In this document: positions 1-13,408 of the stretch, piece by piece
Layout: the number at the start of each line of letters is the position of its first letter
Numbering within the stretch: position 1 is the stretch's first letter
From: Candidatus Nanopelagicales bacterium
Lineage (GTDB): Bacteria > Actinomycetota > Actinomycetes > S36-B12
NCBI GenBank assembly: GCA_018401415.1
Contig: JAGYKV010000017.1
Coordinates: 265,268 to 329,267, forward strand
Direction of reading: 5' to 3'
Length of the DNA stretch: 64,000 nucleotides
Program-made: the position numbers and the translations under genes
The notes under the pieces: generated by a model
Told to the model about the DNA's origin: nothing
What the model saw: only the letters and a program-made list of their open reading frames with translations
Databases searched by the model: none

Positions 1-1686
1 GTCGAGGTTGTATTCGGTATTCCGGGTGGCGCGATTCTCCCGGCCTATGACCCGATGATGGATTCGACCAAGATCCGTCACATCCTGGTTCGCCATGAGC
101 AGGGAGCCGGTCACGCCGCTGAGGGCTATGCCTCTGCCACCGGACGGGTGGGCGTATGTATGGCTACCAGCGGTCCCGGTGCCACCAATTTGGTTACCCC
201 GATCTCAGATGCATACATGGATTCCGTTCCGATGGTGGCGATCACGGGTCAGGTACCGAGTGCGGCAATTGGAACCGATGCATTTCAAGAGGCCGATATT
301 CGTGGAATCACCATGCCTATCACCAAACACAATTTCCTGATCACGAGTGCGGACCAGATCCCCACCGCAATGGCCCAGGCATTCCACCTGGCGGGGACCG
401 GCCGACCAGGTCCGGTTCTCGTTGATATCTCCAAGGATGCTCTTCAAGCCATGACCACCTTTAACTGGCCAGAGGAATTAAATCTGCCCGGATATCACCC
501 CAAGACTCGCCCACATTCGAAGCAGATTCGAGAGGCCGCAAAACTCATCTTGAATTCACGACAGCCAGTTCTCTATGTCGGCGGTGGCGTGATTCGCGGA
601 AATGCGTCCGACTCGCTTCGAAAGCTGGCTGAACTCACCGGCATCCCGGTGGTCACGACGCTCATGGCTCGGGGTGCATTCCCAGATTCACATCCCCAGC
701 ATCTCGGTATGCCGGGAATGCATGGAACGGTGGCAGCAGTCGGCGCACTTCAACAGTCCGATCTTCTGATCACCCTCGGTGCTCGTTTCGATGACCGCGT
801 CACCGGCAAGTTGTCCTCGTTCGCGCCGAAGGCGGCGGTCATTCACGCGGATATCGATCCAGCGGAAATCGGTAAGAATCGGCACGCGGATATTCCCATT
901 GTGGGCGATGTCGCCGAGGTGATCCCCGATCTGATTGCTGCACTTCAAGCCGAGATCGATCAGGGTGCACACGGCGATTACGAAGGATGGTGGGCGCAAC
1001 TCAATCGTCTGCGTGAGACCTACCCATTGGGGTACGACCTGCCAGAAGACGGATCACTGTCTCCCCAATACGTTATTGAGCGACTGGGCAAGATCTCTGG
1101 GCCCGAGTCCATCTATGCCGCGGGCGTTGGCCAACATCAGATGTGGGCCGCCCAGTTCATTGGCTATGAATATCCCGGGACGTGGTTGAACTCCGGTGGA
1201 GCGGGCACCATGGGCTATGCAGTGCCCGCGGCCATGGGTGCAAAAGTGGGTCGACCCGATGCCACCGTGTGGGCGGTCGACGGCGATGGATGTTTCCAAA
1301 TGACCAATCAAGAACTGGCGACCTGCACAATTAACGATATCCCGATCAAAGTGGCTTTGATCAATAATTCAAGTTTGGGCATGGTTCGTCAGTGGCAGAC
1401 CTTGTTTTATAACGAGCGGTATTCGAATACTGACCTGCATTCACACCGCTTCCCGGACTTCGTGAAGTTGGCTGAGGCTTATGGTGCCCATGGTCTTCAG
1501 TGTGACTCACCTGATCAAGTTGATTCGGTGATTGAAAAAGCCATGAGTTTAAATGACGCTCCGGTGGTGATCGACTTTGTTGTGCACCGCGATGCCATGG
1601 TGTGGCCGATGGTCGCTGCTGGCACAGGAAATGACGAGATCATGTATGCCCGATCAATTGCGCCAGAGTGGGGGAGTGAGGAATAG
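1..1686 (+). CDS. ilvB: acetolactate synthase (AHAS) large catalytic subunit; 5' end lies outside the window
   Basis: Frame 1 is open from nt 1 ([18 protein letters not shown] precedes the first Met of ORF 55..1686). ThDP-enzyme motifs are present: GPGATNLVT and the ThDP/Mg motif [12 protein letters not shown]. It is followed by ilvN and ilvC. Confidence 0.95.
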   Translation, partial: VEVVFGIPGGAILPAYDPMMDSTKIRHILVRHEQGAGHAAEGYASATGRVGVCMATSGPGATNLVTPISDAYMDSVPMVAITGQVPSAAIGTDAFQEADIRGITMPITKHNFLITSADQIPTAMAQAFHLAGTGRPGPVLVDISKDALQAMTTFNWPEELNLPGYHPKTRPHSKQIREAAKLILNSRQPVLYVGGGVIRGNASDSLRKLAELTGIPVVTTLMARGAFPDSHPQHLGMPGMHGTVAAVGALQQSDLLITLGARFDDRVTGKLSSFAPKAAVIHADIDPAEIGKNRHADIPIVGDVAEVIPDLIAALQAEIDQGAHGDYEGWWAQLNRLRETYPLGYDLPEDGSLSPQYVIERLGKISGPESIYAAGVGQHQMWAAQFIGYEYPGTWLNSGGAGTMGYAVPAAMGAKVGRPDATVWAVDGDGCFQMTNQELATCTINDIPIKVALINNSSLGMVRQWQTLFYNERYSNTDLHSHRFPDFVKLAEAYGAHGLQCDSPDQVDSVIEKAMSLNDAPVVIDFVVHRDAMVWPMVAAGTGNDEIMYARSIAPEWGSEE

Positions 1687-2210
1687 TGTCCCGACACACT
1701 CTGTCCGTACTGGTTCAGGACCAACCAGGTGTGCTTGCCAGAGTGGCGAGTCTGTTCTCACGTCGAGGTTTCAATATTGAATCACTTGCGGTGGGTCCAA
1801 CCGAGGTGCCCGAAGTCTCCCGCATGACAATCGTGGTGAATGTGGAGGAACTTCCACTTGAGCAAGTAACCAAGCAGTTGAATAAATTGATCAATGTACT
1901 CAAGATTGTGGAACTGGAGCCCGATCAGTCTGTTCAGCGCGAAATTATGTTGGTCAAAGTCAAAGCAGACCTTGAGACCCGCAGCCATATCTTGGAGACG
2001 GTTCAGTTATTCAGAGCCAAGGTGGTCGATGTTGCTCACGATGCCGTCACCATCGAGGCCACGGGTGCGCACGACAAGATCATTGCTTTCTTAAAGGTGC
2101 TTGAGCCGTATGGCATCCGGGAGTTGGTGCAGTCCGGCATGGTTGCCATGGGGAGGGGCTCTCGCTCAATCAGTGACCGTACGGTTAGATCCTCAGATAA
2201 ATCAGCTTAA
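1686..2210 (+). CDS. ilvN: acetolactate synthase small (regulatory) subunit
   Basis: 174 aa. The GTG start overlaps the ilvB stop by 1 nt. The ACT-domain N-terminus HTLSVLVQDQPGVLARVASLFSRRGFNIESLAVG is typical of AHAS small subunits. Confidence 0.95.
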   Translation: MSRHTLSVLVQDQPGVLARVASLFSRRGFNIESLAVGPTEVPEVSRMTIVVNVEELPLEQVTKQLNKLINVLKIVELEPDQSVQREIMLVKVKADLETRSHILETVQLFRAKVVDVAHDAVTIEATGAHDKIIAFLKVLEPYGIRELVQSGMVAMGRGSRSISDRTVRSSDKSA

Positions 2211-3275
<1,065 letters not shown>

Positions 3276-3325
3276 TGACTCTCACCTCTTGAGTCGAGGG
3301 ATTCTGACGGCAATAGACTTATTCG

Positions 3326-4906
3326 GTGTCCAAAGCCAAAATACTCATTGCCGAAGAATTATCGCCCGCGACGGTTGAAGCCCTGGGTCCTGATTTTGAC
3401 ATCATTTACTGCGATGGTGCCAATCGAGAAGAGTTACTTTCGGCAATAGTCGATGTCGACGCACTGCTCGTGCGATCTGCCACGCAGGTCGATTCTGAAG
3501 CACTTGCGGCGGCGAAACAACTCAAGGTGGTTGCCAGAGCGGGAGTCGGATTAGACAACGTAGATGTCAAGGCCGCGACACTGGCGGGCGTTATGGTGGT
3601 CAACGCTCCAACCTCGAATATTGTCAGTGCGGCCGAGTTGGCGGTGGCGCTCATGTTGGCGAGTGCACGAAATATTGTCCCGGCCAATGAAGCCCTCCAC
3701 AAAGGTGAATGGAAGCGAAGCAAGTACACCGGAGTTGAAATTGCAGACAAAGTAGTTGGCATTGTCGGGCTGGGTCGAATTGGGGTTCTGGTCGCACAAC
3801 GATTGAGTTCGTTTGGTGTTCAACTCATTGCCTACGACCCTTATGTCCAACCAGCCAGAGCTGCTCAGCTTGGTGTTCGCATGGTCACCCTCGATGACCT
3901 TCTCGCGGAGAGTGATTTCATCACCGTCCATCTTCCCAAGACGCCGGAGACTATTGGGCTGATTGGCCACGCGGAGTTACACAAAACCAAACCAACCGTG
4001 CATATTGTCAACGCTGCTCGCGGTGGAATCGTCGATGAAATAGCGCTCTACCAAGCACTGGTCGAAGGTCGCGTGGCAGGAGCCGGAATCGATGTTTATG
4101 CCAAAGAGCCCTGTACTGACTCGCCCTTGTTTACGCTCGAGAATGTTGTTGCAACACCCCACTTGGGCGCATCGACAGATGAAGCTCAAGAGAAGGCCGG
4201 TATTTCAGTTGCGCGCTCAGTGCGGTTGGCACTTGCCGGCGAACTTGTTCCTGACGCGGTCAATGTTCAAGGGGGCCAATTACATGAAGATCTCAAGCCG
4301 CTCGTTCCACTCGCCGAGAAATTGGGTGCGATCGCTTGCTCATTAGCCCCCGCTGCCGTTGAACGAGTCGATGTCATTGTTCTTGGCGATGTTGCCGACC
4401 ATGACGTCCGCGTGCTGGAACTCAGTGCATTAAAGGGTGTCTTTCAAACTTTGGTTCATGATCCGGTCTCATTTGTGAATGCCCCGGTGCTGGCGGAGGC
4501 ACGAGGAGTGGAAGTTGCCTTGACCACCGACAAAACAACAGATGATCACAGGAACCTGGTGAGGGTTGTTTTGACTCTCACCGACGGCACAAAGGTTGGA
4601 GTGGCCGGCACTGTGACCGGGTCCCGCTCTGCCGAGAAGATTGTAGAAGTGGACAATTTCAGCGTGGATGTCCCTCTCAGCCAACATATGGCTTTCTTCC
4701 GGTATCACGACCGACCCGGTGTCGTTGGAGTTGTCGGCAATATTCTTGGTAGGGAAAAGGTCAATATCGCGGGTATGCAGGTCAGCCGCGACGATTCGGG
4801 ACACGCACTCATTGCTTTGACGGTTGATTCGGAAATACTTTCGGAATCAATTGATTTGATTGTCTCGGAAATTCAGGCACACTCAGGTCGAGCGGTGAAC
4901 CTCTAA
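3326..4906 (+). CDS. serA: D-3-phosphoglycerate dehydrogenase
   Basis: 526 aa with a GTG start. D-2-hydroxyacid dehydrogenase NAD motif GIVGLGRIGVLVAQR, catalytic region TPHLGAST, and a C-terminal ACT-type regulatory domain. Confidence 0.9.
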   Translation: MSKAKILIAEELSPATVEALGPDFDIIYCDGANREELLSAIVDVDALLVRSATQVDSEALAAAKQLKVVARAGVGLDNVDVKAATLAGVMVVNAPTSNIVSAAELAVALMLASARNIVPANEALHKGEWKRSKYTGVEIADKVVGIVGLGRIGVLVAQRLSSFGVQLIAYDPYVQPARAAQLGVRMVTLDDLLAESDFITVHLPKTPETIGLIGHAELHKTKPTVHIVNAARGGIVDEIALYQALVEGRVAGAGIDVYAKEPCTDSPLFTLENVVATPHLGASTDEAQEKAGISVARSVRLALAGELVPDAVNVQGGQLHEDLKPLVPLAEKLGAIACSLAPAAVERVDVIVLGDVADHDVRVLELSALKGVFQTLVHDPVSFVNAPVLAEARGVEVALTTDKTTDDHRNLVRVVLTLTDGTKVGVAGTVTGSRSAEKIVEVDNFSVDVPLSQHMAFFRYHDRPGVVGVVGNILGREKVNIAGMQVSRDDSGHALIALTVDSEILSESIDLIVSEIQAHSGRAVNL

Positions 4907-4911
4907 TGAAC

Positions 4912-6861
<1,950 letters not shown>

Positions 6862-6950
6862 GTAGATGAGGGGATTCCAAGACCATGACATGACGTCAGG
6901 TTCAATATCCCGGGGTGATCGTGAACAATTGGACTGACTAATCTGCGTCC

Positions 6951-8009
6951 ATGACTCGTTCATATTCCATTGCATTGATCCCCGGTGACGGTATCGGTAC
7001 CGAAGTCATTGCCGAGGCGGTCAAGGTGCTTCAAGCGGTTGCAATGAGGGCGGGGTGTGAATTCGTCACCACCGAATACGATCTGGGGGCTCGCCGCTAT
7101 AACGCGACAGGGGAATTGCTTCCTGAATCCGTCATTGAAGATTTGCGAACCCACCACGCAATACTGCTGGGTGCGATCGGTGACCCGTCAGTGCCTCCCG
7201 GGGTACTTGAGCGTGGGGTACTGCTGCCACTGAGATTCATCATGGATCACCACGTCAATCTGCGACCGGTGAAGTTGTACCCGGGAGTCGTCGGACCGCT
7301 TGCAGATAAGAGCCCGGCCGATATTGATTTCGTAGTGTGCCGAGAAGGCACCGAGGGTCCTTATGTAGGAGCCGGTGGCGTATTGCGCAAGGACACTCCA
7401 CAGGAAGTTGCGGTAGAGGAAAGCATCAACACCGCATTTGGGGTCGAGCGGATTGTGCGCGATGCATTTGAGCGAGCCAGTAAACGTCGCAAACACGTGA
7501 CCCTTGTTCACAAGACCAACGTTTTGGTTAATGCGGGAAGCCTTTGGAAAAGAACATTTGATCGAGTATCGCGCGAGTACCCTGATATCGCCGTCGATTA
7601 TCAGCATGTCGATGCCGCAAGCATGTTCTTTATTACCAATCCGGAACGTTTTGACGTTGTGGTGACCGATAACCTATTTGGTGACATTCTCACGGATATT
7701 GGTGCTGCGATAGTGGGGGGAATTGGATTGGCGGCGAGCGGCAATATTGACCCGAGTCGAAGTAACCCCAGTATGTTTGAGCCCGTTCACGGATCGGCAC
7801 CGGATATCGCTGGCCAAGGCAAAGCGGATCCAACGGCAACGATCATGTCTCTAGCCATGCTTCTTGATCATCTAGGTGAAGCCCAAGCCGCATCCTGGGT
7901 TGAGACAGCGGTAGCCCATGATCTAGCCAACAGGCCGGTACAAGCACGTAGTACATCGGAGGTAGGGGATTCCATCATTGCCGCCATGGTGGCATTACCC
8001 GGGGAGTAG
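6951..8009 (+). CDS. leuB: 3-isopropylmalate dehydrogenase
   Basis: 352 aa. Isocitrate/isopropylmalate dehydrogenase family motifs [10 protein letters not shown] and [12 protein letters not shown]. There is no SD upstream, and TAATCT lies 6 nt before the ATG, so the transcript may be leaderless. Confidence 0.95.
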   Translation: MTRSYSIALIPGDGIGTEVIAEAVKVLQAVAMRAGCEFVTTEYDLGARRYNATGELLPESVIEDLRTHHAILLGAIGDPSVPPGVLERGVLLPLRFIMDHHVNLRPVKLYPGVVGPLADKSPADIDFVVCREGTEGPYVGAGGVLRKDTPQEVAVEESINTAFGVERIVRDAFERASKRRKHVTLVHKTNVLVNAGSLWKRTFDRVSREYPDIAVDYQHVDAASMFFITNPERFDVVVTDNLFGDILTDIGAAIVGGIGLAASGNIDPSRSNPSMFEPVHGSAPDIAGQGKADPTATIMSLAMLLDHLGEAQAASWVETAVAHDLANRPVQARSTSEVGDSIIAAMVALPGE

Positions 8010-8012
8010 GTT

Positions 8013-9134
8013 TTGTCCATGCTGCACGCTGACCGACTTGTTATTTCAGATGTCACTACCGGGTCCGCCATCACGGCTGAAAAGGATCGAACCGCCATTG
8101 TGGAGAATCCGGGTTTTGGTCAGTATTTTACCGATCACATGGTGATGGTCGATTGGTCCAGTGCTGATGGTTGGCATAACGCGGAGTTGAAGGACTATGG
8201 TCCCCTCCTGATGGATCCTGCTACCAATGTGTTGCACTATGGTCAGGCAATTTTCGAGGGCCTCAAGGCATATCGTCATCCCGATGGAAGTATCCAGACT
8301 TTCCGTCCGTTTGAGAATGCCCAGCGATTTGCTCGATCCGCCCGCCGACTTGCCATGGCTGAATTACCGGCTGAACTATTTGTGGCCAGTTTGGAGTCAC
8401 TTGTAGATGCGGATCAAGCATGGGTACCCGCGGGACGGGAACGTTCGCTTTACCTCCGCCCCTTCATGATTTCCACCGAAATTGGTTTGGGCGTGCGCCC
8501 GGCTAATGCCTACAAGTATGTATTGATTGCGTCTCCTGCAGGTGCGTATTTCGCTGGGGGCATCGCCCCGGTAAGTGTCTGGATCTCAGATGACTATGTT
8601 CGTGCGGCCCCGGGAGGAACGGGCGAGGCTAAATGCGCTGGCAATTATGCCGCGTCTTTGATTGCTCAGGCCGAGGCGGCAGCGCATGGCTGCGATCAGG
8701 TTGTCTGGCTTGATGCAATTGGACGTGAAAAAATTGAGGAAATGGGTGGCATGAACCTCTATTTTGTTTATGGGCACGGAGACTCAGCCCGCATCATGAC
8801 ACCTAAGTTGACGGGTTCATTACTGCCGGGGATTACCCGTGACTCTTTGCTCACCGTCGCCTCAGATTTGGGCATTGCGGCAACAGAAGGCGACATAACG
8901 GTGGCTGAACTTCGCTCGGGGTGCGAAACTGGGGAAATCACCGAAGTCTTTGCGTGTGGAACTGCCGCGGTCATTACTCCCGTTGGCAATGTCAAGTCCA
9001 GAGCAAATGGCGAATTTACCGTTGGAACTGGTACCACGGGGGCAGTGACCTTACGACTTCGGGAAGCTCTACTTGATATTCAGTCGGGAGCAACCCCTGA
9101 TCGGCATAACTGGATGCACACACTTGTCGGCTGA
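8013..9134 (+). CDS. ilvE: branched-chain amino acid aminotransferase (class IV)
   Basis: 373 aa. Motifs FTDHM, YGQAIFEGLKAY and GEAKCAGNYA. The start is either TTG 8013 or ATG 8019. Confidence 0.9.
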   Translation: MSMLHADRLVISDVTTGSAITAEKDRTAIVENPGFGQYFTDHMVMVDWSSADGWHNAELKDYGPLLMDPATNVLHYGQAIFEGLKAYRHPDGSIQTFRPFENAQRFARSARRLAMAELPAELFVASLESLVDADQAWVPAGRERSLYLRPFMISTEIGLGVRPANAYKYVLIASPAGAYFAGGIAPVSVWISDDYVRAAPGGTGEAKCAGNYAASLIAQAEAAAHGCDQVVWLDAIGREKIEEMGGMNLYFVYGHGDSARIMTPKLTGSLLPGITRDSLLTVASDLGIAATEGDITVAELRSGCETGEITEVFACGTAAVITPVGNVKSRANGEFTVGTGTTGAVTLRLREALLDIQSGATPDRHNWMHTLVG

Positions 9135-9206
9135 CCCCGTGTGGCAGACTGCGCACATGTCGCTCGATCTCATAATTATTAACTAGCGCGTCGACCAGAC
9201 GCGCTG

Positions 9207-9232
9207 CCCTTCGCACTGCGGAGGGTTTTTTT
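9207..9232 (+). terminator. intrinsic terminator after ilvE
   Basis: CCCTTCGC-act-GCGGAGGG forms an 8-bp stem with one G.U pair and is followed by T7 (9226..9232). It is preceded by a second perfect hairpin, GCGCGTC-gacca-GACGCGC, at 9186..9204. Confidence 0.7.
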
Positions 9233-9257
9233 GTGCCCACGTGAAGGGAGTGAAGAA

Positions 9258-10838
9258 GTGTCACCACCTGATGCATTCCACCTATACGACACCACTTTGC
9301 GCGACGGAGCTCAGCGGGAGGGAATCTCTTATTCGGTCAAAGACAAATTAGCGATTGCCATGTTGCTGGATGACTTCGGTGTGGGATTCATCGAGGGCGG
9401 CTGGCCTGGGGCTCTTCCCAAAGATACGGAGTTCTTCGAGGCTGCCCGATCACTGACTTTCAAAAACGCTCAACTTGTAGCTTTTGGGTCAACTCGCAAA
9501 GCAGGAGTAGATGTTTCCCAGGACCCGCAAGTCCAGGCGCTCATAGATTCCCAAGCACCGGTGATCACGATCGTGGCGAAATCAGATATTCGTCATGTTG
9601 AGCAGGCGCTCAAGACAACCGGTCAAGAGAACCTGCACATGGTTGCAGACACAGTGACACACCTGGTCAACCAGGGTCGGAGAGTATTTGTTGATCTTGA
9701 GCACTTCTTCGACGGTTACCTGCATGATCCCGAATACGCACTTGCTGTGGTTCGGGAATCAGTAAACGCGGGGGCCCATGTCGTGGTTCTCTGTGACACC
9801 AATGGCGGCATGCTTCCAGGTGGTATTTCGCAGATTGTCGCCACGGTTGTGCGTGAAACGGGAGCGCGGGTGGGAATCCATTGTCAAGATGACACCGGCT
9901 GCGCGATTGCAAATAGCATTGCTGCAGTAGAAGCCGGGGCCACACATGTTCAATGCACAGCAAATGGGTACGGAGAGCGCACCGGAAATGCGGATCTCTT
10001 TCCAGTCACCGCAAATCTGCAACTCAAGTTAGGAATTGAGTGCGTTCCTGCTGAGTCTCTGGCCGGCATGTATCGAATCTCTCATGCGATAGCTGAAATT
10101 GCGAATATTGCTCCTGACACACATCAACCATATGTTGGTGTGTCTTCCTTCGCACACAAAGCAGGATTGCATGCAAGTGCCCTTCGAGTGAATTCCGAAC
10201 TTTATAACCACATTGACCCGAGCATTGTTGGTAACCAGCAGAGAGTTTTGGTCACCGAGATGGCCGGCCGAGCGTCCGTTGAACTCAAGGGCAAGGAAAT
10301 CGGAATGGACCTCAGCGATAAACCCGAGGTTTTATCCGGTGTCATCGAACGAGTCAAAGATCTCGAGTCTCGGGGTTGGTCATTTGAATCTGCCGATGCA
10401 TCCTTCGAGTTATTAGTGCGTGCCGAACGTGGCGAGGGTCGCCGATTCCACGTTGAGTCTTGGCGGACAATTGTTGAGCAACGAGAAGACGGAGTGGTTG
10501 CCAGTGAGGCAACGGTGAAGGTTCATGCCGACGGGGAAAGGATAGTCGCCACGGGTGAAGGCAATGGTCCGGTCAATGCTCTAGATAACGCCCTGCGAAA
10601 CGCTGTTCTGCAGATATTCCCTGAGTTGATTAACCTCGAGTTGACCGATTACAAAGTTCGTATTCTCGAGGGTGTGAAGGGCACGGGTGCAGTGACTCGT
10701 GTATTGGTTGAGACAACAAGTGGATCCAAACAGTGGACCACTATTGGTGTTCATGAAAATGTCATTGCGGCATCGTGGCAGGCATTGGACGATGCAATCC
10801 ATTTTGGCATGATTCATTCTTCCGATAGCCCCAAATAG
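9258..10838 (+). CDS. cimA: LeuA-related synthase, most likely (R)-citramalate synthase
   Basis: HMGL-like/LeuA family motifs DTTLRDGAQREG and HCQDDTGCAIANS. The ~530-aa architecture matches the LeuA-related citramalate synthase group. I prefer GTG 9258 (preceded by GAAGGGAG) because the track start at 9231 lies inside the ilvE terminator T-run. Confidence 0.75.
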   Translation: MSPPDAFHLYDTTLRDGAQREGISYSVKDKLAIAMLLDDFGVGFIEGGWPGALPKDTEFFEAARSLTFKNAQLVAFGSTRKAGVDVSQDPQVQALIDSQAPVITIVAKSDIRHVEQALKTTGQENLHMVADTVTHLVNQGRRVFVDLEHFFDGYLHDPEYALAVVRESVNAGAHVVVLCDTNGGMLPGGISQIVATVVRETGARVGIHCQDDTGCAIANSIAAVEAGATHVQCTANGYGERTGNADLFPVTANLQLKLGIECVPAESLAGMYRISHAIAEIANIAPDTHQPYVGVSSFAHKAGLHASALRVNSELYNHIDPSIVGNQQRVLVTEMAGRASVELKGKEIGMDLSDKPEVLSGVIERVKDLESRGWSFESADASFELLVRAERGEGRRFHVESWRTIVEQREDGVVASEATVKVHADGERIVATGEGNGPVNALDNALRNAVLQIFPELINLELTDYKVRILEGVKGTGAVTRVLVETTSGSKQWTTIGVHENVIAASWQALDDAIHFGMIHSSDSPK

Positions 10839-10858
10839 CAGGGGGGTAGTGTTCGACC

Positions 10859-11650
10859 GTGCGTATTTGTCGAATAGCAATTGGCGACACTGTGAGTTTT
10901 GCAATTGTGGATCATTTAGATGAATTTGGGCGCATCGGTTCCGACTCCATTGTCGTGCCCATCCAGGGTCATCCATTTGCCGAGTTAGAACCGGTGGGTG
11001 CGGCCCTACCTGTTCACGAAGTGAAACTTCTCGCCCCCATCCTTCCCAGCAAGATTGTGTGCATCGGGAAGAATTACGCAGACCATGCGACTGAAATGAA
11101 TAGCGAGTTACCTCAGGAGCCCTTGATTTTCCTGAAACCAAATACCAGTGTCATTGGTCCTGACGAGACGATCCTGCTTCCTCGACAGTCCAATCTTGTT
11201 CACCATGAAGCTGAGTTGGCCATTGTTATTGGAAGGTTCTGTAAGGACGTTCCACTCGAGCGAGTGCCAGAAGTAATTCTTGGGTATACCTGTGCAAACG
11301 ATGTCACGGCGCGTGATCTACAAAACACCGATGGCCAATGGACTCGAGCCAAAGGTTTCGACACCTTTTGCCCACTGGGTCCGTGGATCGAAACAGAACT
11401 GAATACAACCGATCTTGCGATCACATCTTATGTTGGTTCTGAACTCCGCCAGTCGGGGAATACGAAGGACTTGATTTTCAACGTTGCACAGATCGTGAGT
11501 TTCGTGAGTGCGTGCATGACGCTCCTCCCGGGCGATGTGATTTTGACAGGAACGCCCTCAGGAGTGGGACCACTGGCACCCGGAGATCAGGTCGATGTTG
11601 AAATTGAAGGAATTGGTAATTTAATCAATTACGTGAGCGCGGGGGAGTAA
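10859..11650 (+). CDS. fumarylacetoacetate hydrolase (FAH) family protein
   Basis: 263 aa. Motifs GKNYADHA, HHEAELAIVIG and TGTPSGVG. It sits upstream of gltX, as Rv2993c does (from memory). Confidence 0.85.
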   Translation: MRICRIAIGDTVSFAIVDHLDEFGRIGSDSIVVPIQGHPFAELEPVGAALPVHEVKLLAPILPSKIVCIGKNYADHATEMNSELPQEPLIFLKPNTSVIGPDETILLPRQSNLVHHEAELAIVIGRFCKDVPLERVPEVILGYTCANDVTARDLQNTDGQWTRAKGFDTFCPLGPWIETELNTTDLAITSYVGSELRQSGNTKDLIFNVAQIVSFVSACMTLLPGDVILTGTPSGVGPLAPGDQVDVEIEGIGNLINYVSAGE

Positions 11651-13116
11651 TGACCTCTGATATCCGGGTTCGGTTCTGTCCGTCTCCCACTGGAAATCCC
11701 CATGTAGGAATGATCCGAACCGCACTCTTTAACTGGGCATTCGCTCGTCACACGGGAGGGACTTTCGTTTTCCGCATTGAAGATACCGATTCAGCGAGGG
11801 ATTCCCAAGAGTCATATCAGGCATTACTCGATTCCATGCGCTGGCTTGGTCTCACATGGGATGAAGGGCCTGAAGTTGGCGGACCGTTTGGGCCCTACCG
11901 CCAATCGGAGCGCAGTGCGATTTATCAGGATGTTGTTGGCAAACTTCATGATTCCGGGTACACCTACCCTTGTTTTTGCACGACAGAGGAGTTGAACGCT
12001 CGCAGGGAAGTTGCCAGACAGGAGAAACGAGCACCCGGCTACGACGGACATTGCCGGAACTTGTCTACTGCCGAACAGGATAAATTCCGTTCTGAGGGAC
12101 GGGAGGCTGTTATCCGATTCCGCATGCCGGGAACCGACTTCACGTGGAACGACCTCATTCGAGGTGAAGTCACCTTCAAAGCAGAACATGTTCCCGACTT
12201 TGTTTTGGTTCGGGGTAATGGAGAGCCTCTGTACACGTTGGTCAATCCTGTTGACGATGCTCTCATGCGCATTTCCCATGTTCTGCGGGGTGAAGATCTG
12301 TTGTCTTCCACACCCCGCCAATTAGCCTTGTTTGATGCCTTGCGGCATATCGGGGTCGCGCACTTCACACCTGAATACGGTCACCTCCCCTATGTCATGG
12401 GTGAAGGAAACAAGAAACTTTCCAAGCGCGATCCCGAGTCTTCCTTAGCCATGTATCGAGAAATCGGATACCTTCCCGAGGCACTCTTGAATTATTTAGC
12501 GTTATTGGGTTGGTCGATGGGTAACGATGTTGAATTCTTCTCACCGACTCAAATGGCGGAGGCTTTTACGCTCGAGCGGGTGAATCCCAACCCTGCTCGT
12601 TTCGATCTGAAGAAGTGCACCGCCATTAACGGCGATTGGATTCGTTTCATCTCACCACTATTGCTGACCGAACTTCTCGTCCCATTCCTAGCGCGGGCGG
12701 GATTGATATCCGAAGTGCCAACGGAGCAGGAATCCGCCAGATTAAATCAATCGGTGCCGTTGATTCAACAAAGGCTGGACACTTTAAGTTCAGCGTCCGA
12801 GCTCTTGGCCTTTCTATTCACTGATTCAGTTGCAATTGATCCCTCATTGTGGACCGATGAATCTCAATCGGTACTTGCGCGAAGCATTGAGGTCTTGGAG
12901 CCTTTGGCGGATTGGGGCACAGATGCAATTCACAATGCATTGCGGTTTGCACTGGTGGACGATATGGGACTTAAACCCAAACTCGCGTTTGGCTCAGTGC
13001 GGGCGGCAATAACGGGTCAAAAAATTTCGCCCCCGCTTTTCGAGTCTATGGAGATCCTGGGTAAAAACACGTGCCTCGAACGATTGGGGCGATCGGTGGA
13101 ATCACTCCAAGCCTGA
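11650..13116 (+). CDS. gltX: glutamate--tRNA ligase
   Basis: 488 aa. Class-I HIGH motif (PTGNPHVG) and KMSKS motif (KLSKR). The ATG overlaps the upstream stop (TAATG). Confidence 0.95.
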   Translation: MTSDIRVRFCPSPTGNPHVGMIRTALFNWAFARHTGGTFVFRIEDTDSARDSQESYQALLDSMRWLGLTWDEGPEVGGPFGPYRQSERSAIYQDVVGKLHDSGYTYPCFCTTEELNARREVARQEKRAPGYDGHCRNLSTAEQDKFRSEGREAVIRFRMPGTDFTWNDLIRGEVTFKAEHVPDFVLVRGNGEPLYTLVNPVDDALMRISHVLRGEDLLSSTPRQLALFDALRHIGVAHFTPEYGHLPYVMGEGNKKLSKRDPESSLAMYREIGYLPEALLNYLALLGWSMGNDVEFFSPTQMAEAFTLERVNPNPARFDLKKCTAINGDWIRFISPLLLTELLVPFLARAGLISEVPTEQESARLNQSVPLIQQRLDTLSSASELLAFLFTDSVAIDPSLWTDESQSVLARSIEVLEPLADWGTDAIHNALRFALVDDMGLKPKLAFGSVRAAITGQKISPPLFESMEILGKNTCLERLGRSVESLQA

Positions 13117-13160
13117 TGAATAGGCTACGGAGCCTGCAGATAGACTTTGTCGGCATCCCA

Positions 13161-13232
13161 TGGGGTATGGGGTAATTGGCAGCCCAACTGATTCTGATTC
13201 AGTTAGTCTAGGTTCGAGTCCTGGTACCCCAG
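13161..13232 (+). tRNA. tRNA-Gln (anticodon CTG)
   Basis: Hand-folded 72-nt cloverleaf. Acceptor TGGGGTA/TACCCCA, D stem GGGT/GCCC, anticodon stem ACTGA/TCAGT with loop TTCTGAT, T arm CTAGG-TTCGAGT-CCTGG, discriminator G. No CCA is encoded. Confidence 0.9.
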
Positions 13233-13261
13233 CGAACTGTGGGCAACCACGGTTTTTTTAT

Positions 13262-13337
13262 GGCCCCGTTGTGTAGTGGCCTAGCACGCCGCCCTCTCAA
13301 GGCGGTAGCGCGGGTTCGAATCCCGTCGGGGCTACCA
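13262..13337 (+). tRNA. tRNA-Glu (anticodon CTC), CCA encoded
   Basis: Hand-folded 76-nt cloverleaf. Acceptor GGCCCCG/CGGGGCT, anticodon stem CCGCC/GGCGG with loop CTCTCAA, T arm GCGGG-TTCGAAT-CCCGT, then A-CCA. Confidence 0.9.
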
Positions 13338-13408
13338 CATGGTGGGGGGACCGTTCGCGGTTCCCTCACCAACTGGGCGCGAAGGCCGCTGAAACAGGAG
13401 GAAGATTG

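Noticed and set aside
13161-13337. Considered whether the tRNA-Gln/tRNA-Glu pair is an integration hotspot for a genomic island.
   Set aside because: It is followed immediately by core genes leuCD. No integrase and no duplicated tRNA 3' fragment is visible downstream.
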